Shown: one piece after another, positions 10,159 to 21,059 of the stretch | Layout: each line of letters opens with the position of its first letter | Position numbering within the stretch: position 1 is the stretch's first letter | NCBI GenBank assembly: GCA_051294905.1 | Contig: CM119371.1 | Coordinates: 2,420,001 to 2,484,000 of the forward strand | Length of the DNA stretch: 64,000 bases | Source of the DNA: Botryllus schlosseri | Taxonomy: Eukaryota | Direction of reading: 5' to 3' | Program-made: the position numbers and the translations under genes | Notes under the pieces: model-generated | Told to the model about the DNA's origin: nothing | What the model saw: the letters and a program-made list of their open reading frames with translations, nothing else | Database searches by the model: none

Positions 10159-13134
10159 ATGTCTCATCCTTGTACTGTTTGCGGACTTGATTGTTTAAAG
10201 TCCGACGAGTACGTCGAATGCTACGAATGCAACAGATACTCTCACTGTTCTTGTGCGAAGATCAGTAGCTTCAGTGAGCGGAAAATCCAGATTTTCATAT
10301 GTCGTTGTTGCATATTCTTCGAAGGTGAATTCAATTATGAGTGGGCATTGCAACATATTAGAGCAAATCCGGAACATTGTACAGCTATAAAACGGATACT
10401 TCGTTTGTATAAAGTACTCGAGCCTGATCGGAGCATGCCAAATGAGGCAGCAGTAGGGGATGAGGTTTCACTTATGATTTTGAAGCAGTTTCATTATATC
10501 ATCACCACGGATCACACGGCCTTGCGAGTTGATGGCGATGGGAATTGTTTTTACCGCGCAATGTCGCTTGCCTTATACGGCACTGCGAAACACCACTTGC
10601 GCTTGAGGCTTCTGACCGCGCTCGAAATTATTGAGCATCCGAAATATTATGACGAAGACGCAGAGGGATTTGTTGACCTTATAGCTGACGTTAGAATTGT
10701 GTCATCGCCTTATGCCAGTCTGCTACAAAAAGCAAGCATCCCGGGGCATTGGTCCGAGATGATGCATATTTACGCATTGAGTGCCGCCCTTGGCTCCGCG
10801 ATTCGCTCATACTATCCGTCAACATTGGCAAATGAATACCTGACAGAACCGTTCACGAGCAAATGTTGCGGCCGGGGTGTGTCGAAATTTGCCATACCAG
10901 TTGCGACTCTGATGTGGACACAAACTACCGTGCCCACGACAAGCAATCCGTTTCGACCGAATCACTTCGTGCCAATCATCAAAATCACCGATCTAATTTC
11001 AAGTGATCCAAATAGTTTATGCGAATCAAAACTGAAATCGGAGGATCAGAAAAGCGACATTGATAAGCCGAATGTACGCGAAAAAGACGACATTGACAAG
11101 CCGAATATACGCGAACAAGACGACTTCAAAACGTTTCATAAGAGCGAACTTGGCGATGTGAATGATAATAAACAACCGCATTCGCTCCTAGAAAGCAGTA
11201 TCCCAAGTGAAGATTCGCCTATTGACCAAATGAATGGGGAACAGATGAATTCAGAAATAGGAGAAGTTGCTGACGGAGACAAAACCAAATCAGTTCTACC
11301 TAACCTGAACAATGAGCTGAACAATGAAACGAAGCTGCCCTTTAACGAGTTTTTGAAAATTGAGGATGTGGTGAAAAAAATTATGGATTGTAAAAACGCC
11401 CTTTCGAAGATTCCTCCAGGACGGAAAGACAATTGTTACATTATCGTTGATTTTAAAACAAACATACTTCGAAAGGCTGCTAAAATTCATCGCATATTTT
11501 ATGATGACATGGGAGCTTGGACGAAAACCAAGCAAACATATTCATATTACTTGAAGACCGAGGACCGACTCAGGTATGTATACAAGCCGCGGTGCCACAG
11601 GGGTGCTATTTGTACCCTAAAAATGAAGGAGTACTTGCCGTTATCACCGCAGCCTTCTCCAGGTGACGTACTCATGGTTGGGCGATACTACGCTAAATCA
11701 AAGAACAACCCTGGTTACGAAAAACGTATAAGCTGGATTGAAAGCGGACCATCGGATCCATGTAATGTGTGTATCGTGGAGTACAAGGGTATATCTGGGG
11801 ACTGCAGTCCACACGGAAACAGCTCTGTGAACTTTCAAAATTACATCCGCACTCCGCCCAGCACTATTGAGAAGATAAAGGAAAAGGTTACATACGGGAC
11901 AGGAAAGCGAGTTTACGTTGATCTTCAAAATGATTCCGAAAGTATTTCGCAAATGCCTCGGAATATAAGTCAGATCCACCACACTAAGCACCGGGAAAAA
12001 GTAAGCAAAGAAGGGCACAGTAGCCTGTCGCGAGACTGTTATGCAGACGAACTTTTGGATGTCATAAACATGATGCACACGGAAAAATTTGTGAGAAGAG
12101 TCATCCATTCTCCAGCAAAAGCATCCAGCATAATTGTATACACCGATGATCAAATAACAGATCTTAAAAAGATGTGTTGTACTGGAAAAACTGTACCTGG
12201 AATTGACAAGACATACAACCTAGGCAATGTGTACGCTACTGTAGCAGTTTTCAAAAACGTGAAGATGATTAGCACCAGAACGCAGGAAAATCCGATTTTC
12301 ATTGGTCCCATATATCTCCACCATAGGTCAGATAGAGGGACATTTAACGACTTCTTCAGTCATCTTAGCTCCGTTATAGGAGGTACTTTCGATCACCTTG
12401 TCGTGGGGACAGACGACGAAATTGCGCTACACTCAGCAATAGAAAATTCGTTCAAAAACTGCAAGCACGTTCTCTGTGTCAATCATTTAAAGACAAATTT
12501 GGTCGACAAACTTCAGCACGGCATCGGTGCAAGCAAGCATTTGAGAAAAAGTCTGGTGAATCAAGTCTTCAATCTGTTGGATAGCAAGGACGAAATTGAA
12601 TTTAATCGAAGAGAAGAAGACCTACTCACTAGGTGCCATAGCATATGCCCAATGCTGGTCACATACTTACAAAACAGATTGCTACCGTTGTTGCGAAAAA
12701 AGGTCTGGCAAATGCGTAGCTTTATCGGCGCCGAGCACAAATGGTTCACCAATAACAACTGCGAGAGCATGAACCATGTTCTCAAGCGATTGACAGATTG
12801 GAAAAAGAAAAAGTTACCAGATCTAATTAATCTACTCAAATCAGCGATCACTTCACAATACTTGGATGTACGAAAGAGTATCACAGGCCGTGGTACTTTT
12901 ACCCTTGCTGAGAATTGTAAAAAGTATTTGGTATCTCCTTGGGATTGGGACGACATGCCAAAAGACGAGCAAGACCGTTCATTTCAGCAGTTAATGAATT
13001 TTCCCGCCCCGACAGCCTGTAAGCTGCCAAAATCATTATCACTCTCCACTGATGGGCAATTGATGGCACATAATCCTTCGAAACGAAGTGGCAGCAAGCC
13101 AGGAGGAACCAAATGCAAAAGAAAAGTTCGTTGA
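10159..13134 (+). CDS. PHD finger - OTU (vertnin-like) cysteine protease - MULE DDE transposase fusion, ~991 aa, intronless
   Basis: First ATG at 10159 within the 9970-13134 ORF. PHD C4HC3: CTVC..CYEC..HCSC..CRCC. OTU: VDGDGNCFYRAMS (Cys codon 10546), WSEMMHIYALS, PNHFVPI (His codon 10963). MULE: IDKTYNLG (D 12205), VGTDDEIAL (D 12412), LCVNH (CxxH), TNNNCESMNHVLK (E 12763). Basic NLS-like tail KRKVR. Confidence 0.93.
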   Translation: MSHPCTVCGLDCLKSDEYVECYECNRYSHCSCAKISSFSERKIQIFICRCCIFFEGEFNYEWALQHIRANPEHCTAIKRILRLYKVLEPDRSMPNEAAVGDEVSLMILKQFHYIITTDHTALRVDGDGNCFYRAMSLALYGTAKHHLRLRLLTALEIIEHPKYYDEDAEGFVDLIADVRIVSSPYASLLQKASIPGHWSEMMHIYALSAALGSAIRSYYPSTLANEYLTEPFTSKCCGRGVSKFAIPVATLMWTQTTVPTTSNPFRPNHFVPIIKITDLISSDPNSLCESKLKSEDQKSDIDKPNVREKDDIDKPNIREQDDFKTFHKSELGDVNDNKQPHSLLESSIPSEDSPIDQMNGEQMNSEIGEVADGDKTKSVLPNLNNELNNETKLPFNEFLKIEDVVKKIMDCKNALSKIPPGRKDNCYIIVDFKTNILRKAAKIHRIFYDDMGAWTKTKQTYSYYLKTEDRLRYVYKPRCHRGAICTLKMKEYLPLSPQPSPGDVLMVGRYYAKSKNNPGYEKRISWIESGPSDPCNVCIVEYKGISGDCSPHGNSSVNFQNYIRTPPSTIEKIKEKVTYGTGKRVYVDLQNDSESISQMPRNISQIHHTKHREKVSKEGHSSLSRDCYADELLDVINMMHTEKFVRRVIHSPAKASSIIVYTDDQITDLKKMCCTGKTVPGIDKTYNLGNVYATVAVFKNVKMISTRTQENPIFIGPIYLHHRSDRGTFNDFFSHLSSVIGGTFDHLVVGTDDEIALHSAIENSFKNCKHVLCVNHLKTNLVDKLQHGIGASKHLRKSLVNQVFNLLDSKDEIEFNRREEDLLTRCHSICPMLVTYLQNRLLPLLRKKVWQMRSFIGAEHKWFTNNNCESMNHVLKRLTDWKKKKLPDLINLLKSAITSQYLDVRKSITGRGTFTLAENCKKYLVSPWDWDDMPKDEQDRSFQQLMNFPAPTACKLPKSLSLSTDGQLMAHNPSKRSGSKPGGTKCKRKVR

Positions 13135-14021
13135 GCTGTAACTAAAGAAAATCAAGTTCATAAATGCACTGTACATTTGCAGCAATTGTGCCTATACTGC
13201 CAGCATGAACAGAACATATACAACATGTACAACATTTTCTGTCTGCAAGTACTGAAATCCCTGTCCATATTGGCGTATTTCCTTTCGTTGTCGTAATTTT
13301 CTGCAAGTGAATGCTCAGTTTCGTTTTATATGTTGCTATATTTTTCAATACAGTGTTACGCTTGCTCGTGTTTCAAAACTGAAAATTATCACCCAATGAT
13401 ATGAACAGCAAGGATGAGATGGCGTATTTCGGTTTCTCCCGAATGTGAGGTTGCCTCAACGAACCGGTGATCCGCTAAATGAGTTGACAGATTTTTTCAC
13501 GACGGATTCCTTTTCTGTCGTTATCGTACCTTTTTAACCAGACTGGATATCGGCACTGATGTTACGCGCCTGCGGCTATGGGTTGTCGGGACAGCTATCG
13601 TTTGGTTGAGTAGAGGTTTAACCAGAGCAAACAGTTCGCAGGAGAGAAAAAGTTCTATAACTGGTCTAGTTAAGCAATGTAGGGTCAATATATTTTGTAA
13701 AGAGAAAGCTACGTTTTCATTGGCACAATGTTCAACCTAAAATCGGCGATGTGTAGTGGTTCCAAATATAATAATTTTCATAGTCATTGGGAACGATAAA
13801 GTAGCAACATTTTCATAGTCGTAAATGAGTAGGCCTATATCACGAGTATTTTCAATAATATCGCGAGATAGTACTCGCAGCATAGTTTATTTATAAACGA
13901 GGCTGGCATTGATGTCGGTTAATAATTATTATTTCCAAGATACCAATTCAGCGTCAATCAACAAACGCACACATTTAGCAATTGCAATCAGCGACGTTTT
14001 TCGATGCGTGGTGTTCAATTA

Positions 14022-14547
14022 GCTTCCTTGTTACATTAGCTTCATTAGTTTTTCATTACCTTGTTTCATTAGGTTTTCATTAGCTTTTGATTAGCTTACT
14101 TCTCATTACCTTAATTGCTTTTAATTAGCTTCATTAGCTTTTCATTAGCTTACTTTTCATTAGCTTACTTTTTCATTAGCTTAATTAGCTTTTCATTAGC
14201 TTTTCATTAGCTTACTTAGCTTTTCAGTAGCTTAATTAGCTTCATTAGCTTTTCATTAGCTTACTTTTCATTAGCTTACTTTTTCATTAGCTTAATTAGC
14301 TTTTCATTAGCTTTTCATTAGCTTACTTAGCTTTTCATTAGCTTCATTAGCTTTTCATTAGCTTACTTTTCATTAGCTTACTTTTTCATTAGCTTAATTA
14401 ACTTTTCATTAGCTTACTTAGCTTTTCATTAGCTTACTTAGCTTTTCATTAGCTTAATTAGCCTTTCATTAGCTTAATTAGCTTTTCCTTGGCTTCATTA
14501 GCTGCATTAGCTTTTCATTAGCTTGCATGTACAAAATAAAGGCACCC
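14022..14547 (-). repeat. Right TIR: tandem (CATTAGCTT) array plus unique tip
   Basis: Reverse complement of the left TIR; first ~51 bp identical and ~128 bp with two mismatches; more repeat units than the left arm. Confidence 0.95.
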
Positions 14548-16045
14548 GTGTTGATTGGTTAACCGAAGGTGGCTACTTTCGAAGTACCTTCACTACGAAA
14601 GCAAAATGATTCATGACACCAACACACAATACACAGGTAGAATCTTCATAATATTTAAATCACCTTATCACAGAAGGCTGTAATTCACTGCAATAAGTAA
14701 TGCTACTTACCCCAAAACTACTTTCAACTTTTTAATATTTTAATTGCAAAAGTAAGTATTTTGGTCTGAAAGTATAAAAGTGGAAATAATCTAAAGCAGA
14801 CGAAGTCTACTGTTTCCAGTGTTTAAAATAGAGTCAGATGCCAACAGAGTAGTAATTTTCACAACAGAAAAAAACCTGGAGTTGGAACAGCGAGCATCAA
14901 CTTTCAAAGTTAGTAGATAATAGCTGTAAAAATGAGCCAAAAAGGTTGAGAACCATCAGACAATGTCCAGTCATACGGGAACTAAAAGGTTTGGATGTTA
15001 TGATGATTCATTATGATACAAATGTATCGGAACGTTACTTTGATAAAATGTTTTATTCAAACGTATATTATACCGTACCATGCCATAGACCACATTGCAG
15101 GTCTGCCAAATATAATACAATTTTAAATCTCAATTTCAGAAATGAAACAAGTTGTACGCCAGTTCATAAGTTACTGAATTGAATTGGAAAATTGGAACGA
15201 ATTTTCTGCATCGTGTCATGACAGAGTTCATGACCTACTTTGGACTTGGCATGCATCACAATTCACAATACTGCAATTGCTGTGCTAAACTGTTTCATGG
15301 TAGCCTACCCTACAACTGGTTCAACGATATTTTCATGTGAAACCCAAAGCTGTGACCAAGTCACGAGGTTTCGAGTCACAAGACCAATAAACTGTTAGGC
15401 TATAACTTCGACTCACAATATACTCATTTTTCTCACTCTAAATATGCTTATTCAAACAGATAACATACAGTTTCGTGGCCTATGTTCCAGTTATCATTAT
15501 GCTAATGACATTAGAGACTTAAATATGTCATATAGAATGTGTAGAGTCATAGGAATCGGACGAGTCATTCGCGAAGAATCTAGTACAAGTCGCGTCAATA
15601 CACATATTGACTGGAGTCGAAAAGAGTCATTTTGCGTTTTCAAGACAATAACTTGAGTCAAGTTGAGTTAAACGACAAATTGTGACTGTAGTCATTACAA
15701 CCCTGCCAAAACCTAACAAGACTTGTTGAAAATTGTTATTTTTTTACTGTAATATTTGGAGCCATCTGAGAGTATGATCAAGTCCAACCCACATCAAGGT
15801 TGCAATACCATGAAAATAAATCAAAGATTTAAGCGATTTTAACGGGACCTAATGCCTTACGGTAACTTAAAAATATCAAAATGACACTAGCAACTTATTA
15901 TATGGAACTTTCAGATATCCGTTTTTAAGTTGCACACAACTGCCTTGAATACATGTTGGTATGATTTCTATTTTTGATTACTGGTCTAGAGTACGTCAGC
16001 ACCACAACACTGACAAGATTGAACTGAATATTGGCTCTCAAGTAT

Positions 16046-16145
16046 CTGGTCGTACCATACCTTCCTTGCCGAGGTTCAAATTCCTTTTGTCGTTCATTTC
16101 ATTCTTTTGCTTCTTCTGTTGACCGATCATTCCGTTCGGGAAACC
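16046..16145 (-). pseudogene. RBM28: RBM28-like pseudo-exon (post-RRM3), copy A
   Basis: tttcag acceptor. QQKKQKNEMNDKRNLNLGKEGMVRP matches RNLYLAREGLIR. Donor mutated GT>AT; internal deletion relative to 36735-36857. Confidence 0.8.
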
Positions 16146-16706
16146 CTGAAATGGTAGTCAACTGCATGGTTAAAGCCAGACTTGTACAAATTACCAGTCT
16201 ACATGGGTATTTAGTAGTTCTGAATGAGGATTTCGAAAAGTGAGTAGTTCTAGTTCTGGTTGCAGATTTTATAAAGTGAGCAGTTCAAGTTGTGTATCTT
16301 AAATATAATTCAGTTGTAAAACAACCAGAAAGCAGGTGTTATCGTTCGGTGTTTTGTTGTTATGTGTTATTGCAGCCCTCGCTAGGTCAGAGTCATAGCT
16401 TCTGACAGTGGTGTAACCAGGGGTGGGTTTTGTGGGTACAACCGCCTCTCATTTCTCGAAACACCTGCCTTTAGAAATGCCGGTTCGATCTCCAATATTT
16501 CTCAGCTCATTTGCAATTCAGTAGTTTGATTTATTTATAATTATTAGCTGTTTTAATTAGGATTGTTAAGGTCGTTGTTTATAGATTAGTTGAAGATGTG
16601 AGTCTTGCAACGTCGATACAAATTTTGCAAATCCAATAATTTGTACTTAATCTGGTTGCAGCACCGCAATAGTGGATCAAAATTGATCATGGACGCAACT
16701 ACATAC

Positions 16707-16815
16707 GTTTTCTACATCATTCAGTGCGTTGATACAAATTGTCCCATCTGAAGAGGCCTAGAATTGGATGGAAGCACATCTGTTGGACATTTCCGATGAC
16801 GGAGTTGATGCAGAT
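16707..16815 (-). pseudogene. RBM28: RBM28-like pseudo-exon (RRM3 RNP1), copy A
   Basis: ttattcag acceptor and gtatgt donor. MSNRCASIQF*ASSDGTICINALND matches [20 protein letters not shown]. Confidence 0.7.
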
Positions 16816-17954
16816 CTGAATAAAAGATGACAAAAACGTGACAACAACGCATCCAAACACACCAATACATCCAGGAGTTGTAATATGTACAGTACAATGT
16901 ACAGGCACCTTATGACTATACAACTAATGGTGAGTGTAATATACAGACAATACAGTAGGAGATCTTGACCAGGCGTCTATATATCCCTTGATGGTGTAGG
17001 CCTACACATATTACCGTAGTTGAAGGGCCATGAAAGGTCAATGTTGAAAAAGAATAATAAGCTATACTGTCCTTTACAACATCTGTTCTCATGGCAGACT
17101 GACATATTTATTTTGTTTCATTTTTGGCGCTCACAACAGTTCGCAAGCAAAAGTGACGAGCATTTATTAGTAATCAGGTGCCATCATTAGGAGTGGGCAG
17201 AAGAGCTGAAATTTCGTTTGTAGTCATCGGGACACCAAATCCCCATGAAGCGTTTTTACCGAAAATTTTCCTAAAATAATCAAGCTCTCAAAGAATGAAC
17301 AAGGCGATTATTAGGGCCCCAAATTCCCCCATTGTATACTAGTAGTCAGTTTACTTACATCAGGCGTGGTCATGGTCAGTGACAAAGTATTTCAACTTTC
17401 AACTTTTGAGAAAATGACTTGAGTCACGTCAAGTCATCAGAAAATCGCGACTCAAATCGAGTCATGACTCGATTCATTACAACCCTGATTTTCGCAATAC
17501 TCAAGTAACGCTAAGTTTATATACTTGCACTACTGACTGAATTCGTGAAGATTTTAGACTGCTTTCACTTGTACCTCACTTTTTATGTAAAACTGGCCTA
17601 CTTACTTCTCAAACTTGATGTTTTGTCAAGCGGAAGATAGTTTGGAGATAAGCTTGCATGCTTTGGATGAGCTGCATTGGCATGACACGTGGGCGAAATA
17701 CTCCTGCATCATAAACACCAAATGTATTTTTGAAAATTGCACATAAGCCTATTTGTCGTGTCATTTGTCATGCTACGTTACTCATGGAGATGCACATGCA
17801 ATTCCGAAATTATCCGACTTCGATTACTTGCTAAAAGCATGTAACACATCCAACAAATCGACTTTTTCAAACTACTTACACGTGTACTTTTCGTTGAATT
17901 AGGACCAGAAACCTGAGACAAATGGTCTTGATCTACTTAGTAATACTACTGACA

Positions 17955-18365
17955 GTACCGAGTCCGAGTCCAAGTCATTGTGTTGACTGCTCAGTTTCCA
18001 GTTAAAGTCCTCCTAAACTAACTTTTAACTTTGTTTGGTGATATAGAATGGTTCGCATTTATAATATATCAATTTTCCTCACTTTTATCAGTTTCTGGTC
18101 GCATTTTCAAGCACCAGTACCAACAAACGAAATCCCAATAGTGTGTTGGCTGCGAAATTACAATGAAATGTCGGTCTTGGCCGTCTGAATCTCGAGTCAA
18201 GGACTTGCTTCGAGTCATGCGCAATGACTCGAGTCCAAGTCGAGTCAATATACAAATTGACTCGAGTCGAGTCGAGTCATTTCCGTATTTTAAGAAAATG
18301 ACTCGACTCGAGTCGAGTCATCCAAAAATCGTGACTCGAGTCTGACTCGAGTCATTACAACCCTG
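17955..18365 (+). mobile_element. 5'-truncated GACTCGAGTC-rich hAT MITE
   Basis: Near-identical to 26865-27287; ends TTACAACCCTG. Confidence 0.8.
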
Positions 18366-18714
18366 TGTGTATCCGGATCAATACTTGACTCTGCTACTCG
18401 AGTCAAGACGAGTCAAGTCATGACTCGATTTATTAAGAGCCTGAATGTAGCCACGGTATTGTCATAAAAGGATATTGTTACGAAAATCTTGTCCATCCGC
18501 GTTTCTGTTGCTCATTATCAGTTACTCAAAAAGATGATTCTTGCCATTTTAAAAGCTAGTACTGGGAAATTATTACCAAAAGCCTGCGTCTCATTCAGAC
18601 AATCTATTTGGTGAAACAACTTATACTCAAGTACTCATCAGAACTTCTACTTTTGAATATTACTTCAAGTAGTTGTAACAAGTCTCAAATCACACATAAT
18701 TGACGAGAAATTAA

Positions 18715-18920
18715 GGGGTCGACTTCAGACTTCCTACCAAGTGTCGGAGATTTATCTAGGCTCCCCCTTGTCATATCATCCGTGTAAGCGGTGTCCTATA
18801 AAAGCCCAGACGCGGGCCGTGCTACAAGTCGGCAGCTAAAGGATAGAAATGAAGAAAATTGGCCTGGTTTTAATTACCATGGTAGTCAACAAACACCATG
18901 AACACCACAAACAACAACAT
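18715..18920 (+). mobile_element. 5'-truncated family A SINE
   Basis: ggtcgacttcaga...tccgtgtaagcggtgtcctataaaagcc...acaccatgaacaccacaaacaac matches the reverse complement of 8541-8735. Confidence 0.8.
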
Positions 18921-19054
18921 AATTACTTCTACTTCAACCACAAGATAGCGCAGGGCTAGAGCTAGAGCTAGAAACTGCGTTTACCTGTAGTCATACACAT
19001 GTTAGGACTGAAAAGAATGAGTATATCATGGTTTTTACTGGTGCTGCCAACAGC

Positions 19055-19616
19055 CAGTGTTGGGATGACTCAAGTCACTTTTTTCGTATGACTTGACTTG
19101 ACTTGGCGTGTCGGAAATGTGGTTTGACTCGTGACTCGGAGAAAAGGTTTCGAGTCAATTTCAAGTCATCAAGTAACAGTGTCGATAAAAATGGCTGATC
19201 TTGCATATATTCGAATTGTTCTCGATACGCTGGTGTGACATGTAAGAGTGAGCAATCACTATTTTGAATGATAATTATAGATTGAGGCTATACGGTTATT
19301 TGAGTACTTTATCAGTTCTACGCATGCGTGGGCGATACGAAGCCTTTTTTTACATGTATTTCAAACTAGGTATAGTCGTCCCACGGTTCCAAACCAATGG
19401 CAACTTCCAAACAGCTACCGGTATCAAAATGCGATGACGCAATTATGCTTAGTACTGCAAAAAATCAACTTGAATTGAACTATGACTTGACTCGTGACTT
19501 GACTTAACTCGACCTAACTCGAGCCACCTTTGAAAAGAGGATGACTTGACTCGAGTCAAATGTCAATGACTTGAAATGACTCGTGACTCGAAGGTGGTGA
19601 CTTGGTTCAAACACTG
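19055..19616. mobile_element. hAT MITE (CAGTGTT termini, GACTTGACTC subterminal repeats)
   Basis: CAGTGTTGGG...AAACACTG; flanks ccaacagc / ccgacaac (6/8 TSD). Confidence 0.7.
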
Positions 19617-20449
19617 CCGACAACACGCCACTATTCGTATATGAAATCATGGATTTGCCAAAATAATGTAATTTATAATTTACTCACTTTTCACCTCCTC
19701 GTGTGTCAGTTGAACATTTATGTTTGTCAGATTCCGACTGAACGGTTGAGATTGTCATGCAAAGGTCACTCACGAAAGAAATTTAGATGTATCGGAGGAA
19801 CAGCCTCTCAAATGAGATGTTATGTACGATGATATTCTGATGGCAATCCACTGTAATGAAAGCAAGAGTTGTTGTGTAAAGTAGATTAAGTAAATGTAGC
19901 CATCTATAGAAAGCACAGCAGCCGACCATATTCATCTATTTTCTATAGTCACAGGCTGAAATGGTCAGGTTTTCCTCAGTGTTACTCAGGTAGAAGTAAC
20001 ATCATACGTTTCTACTCAAGTGCAATTTACAAGTAACATGAAAGACAAATGCCAGTTTTGCCAGAAAAATGAAAAATGTACATGTAGAAGTGTAAGTAGT
20101 CCTAAATCATAACAAATCGAGTACGGTAATTAGTACTAGTATGCAAAACTTATTTGAGATTTAAGTACTTTAAAAAAAATTTAAATGACTTCATTACTGT
20201 TCACCACTGCTTGCAGAGGACCTGATTTGGTTTTCTAGTTTATTTCGCGCCCAAGCTTAGCAATGGATGTGTGTGCTTGAAGCGAGAGGAAATATATTTT
20301 GAGCATCGGCGGCTACATCGGAATGATCAGCAGAGGTTTAGTTATCGGTTTGATGGGTAGTTCATGAGATATCCGGTAACAGTCAGGCTCTAGTTCAACA
20401 CACAATGGCAGGGGGAAGACTAGTACACCATACTCAACCAACCATTGGA

Positions 20450-20800
20450 CCGGGAACTACTTAATTTTCAAAACAAGCAACTATAACTACTTATTTTCAA
20501 AACCGCCAACTAGAATTACTCATTTTCAAAAATTAGCTACTAGAAATAGAAATTTAATTACTCAATTTGTAACAATTAGCAACTTGAGTTGGAACTACAC
20601 TATTTTTAAAATCCGTCACTAGAACTAGAACTACTTATTTTTCAAAACTAGCAATTAGAAATTGGAACTACTCAAGTTTTCACAACAAGTAACTAGAAAT
20701 AGAAGTATAATCACTCAATTTTTGAAAATTAGCAACTCGAGTTAAAACCGGAACAACGATCTTTTCAAAATCCGTAGCTAGAACTAGGACTGGCTACTAG
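20450..20800. repeat. Degenerate minisatellite, ~30-35-bp units (tagaactactta..ttttcaaaa..agcaac)
   Basis: About ten imperfect units visible; related units in reverse at ~16210-16290, 25510-25560 and 36950-37000. Confidence 0.7.
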
Positions 20801-21059
20801 GGTGGAGTGAAAAATGGAAAATTTTGAATTTTAAAACGGACACTCTATATGTGGTGCCAAATTTAAAAAAAATCTATAATAATTTTGGGCTCGTGCACCC
20901 TCTATTGTCGAAATTGACTAGACTTTACTATAGTCAATCTGTATGATGACTCAGTTTGAACGCGTGTCGTTGCGCATGACTCTGACCAAGTGATATGACT
21001 CGAGTCTGAAACGGCCAAGACCAACATACCATTGCAATTTCGAAGAATAGTGAAGTAAC

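Larger units (their letters stand above)
8035..14547 (+). mobile_element. Full-length autonomous Mutator-like (MULE) DNA transposon, 6,513 bp, with Foldback-like TIRs
   Basis: Ends GGGTGCCTTTATTTTGTACATGCAAGC... / ...GCTTGCATGTACAAAATAAAGGCACCC; perfect 8-bp TSD GTGTTGAT (8027-8034, 14548-14555); intact MULE transposase ORF inside. Confidence 0.95.

Noticed and set aside
11136..12956. Antisense ORFs within the transposase (11136, 11296, 11698, 12561)
   Set aside because: Shadow frames of a long coding strand with no recognisable motifs.
13142..13348. Cys-rich stretch after the transposase stop as a SWIM or zinc-finger exon
   Set aside because: No CxC...CxH spacing and no convincing splice pair; treated as 3' UTR.
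18180..18440. CRISPR-like array of GACTCGAGTC palindromes
   Set aside because: No constant repeat or spacer length, no cas genes, eukaryotic DNA; these are hAT MITE subterminal repeats.
19690..19850. Possible RBM28 RRM2 exon (IIVHNISFE)
   Set aside because: Only a short motif matches and the downstream frames do not; insufficient support.
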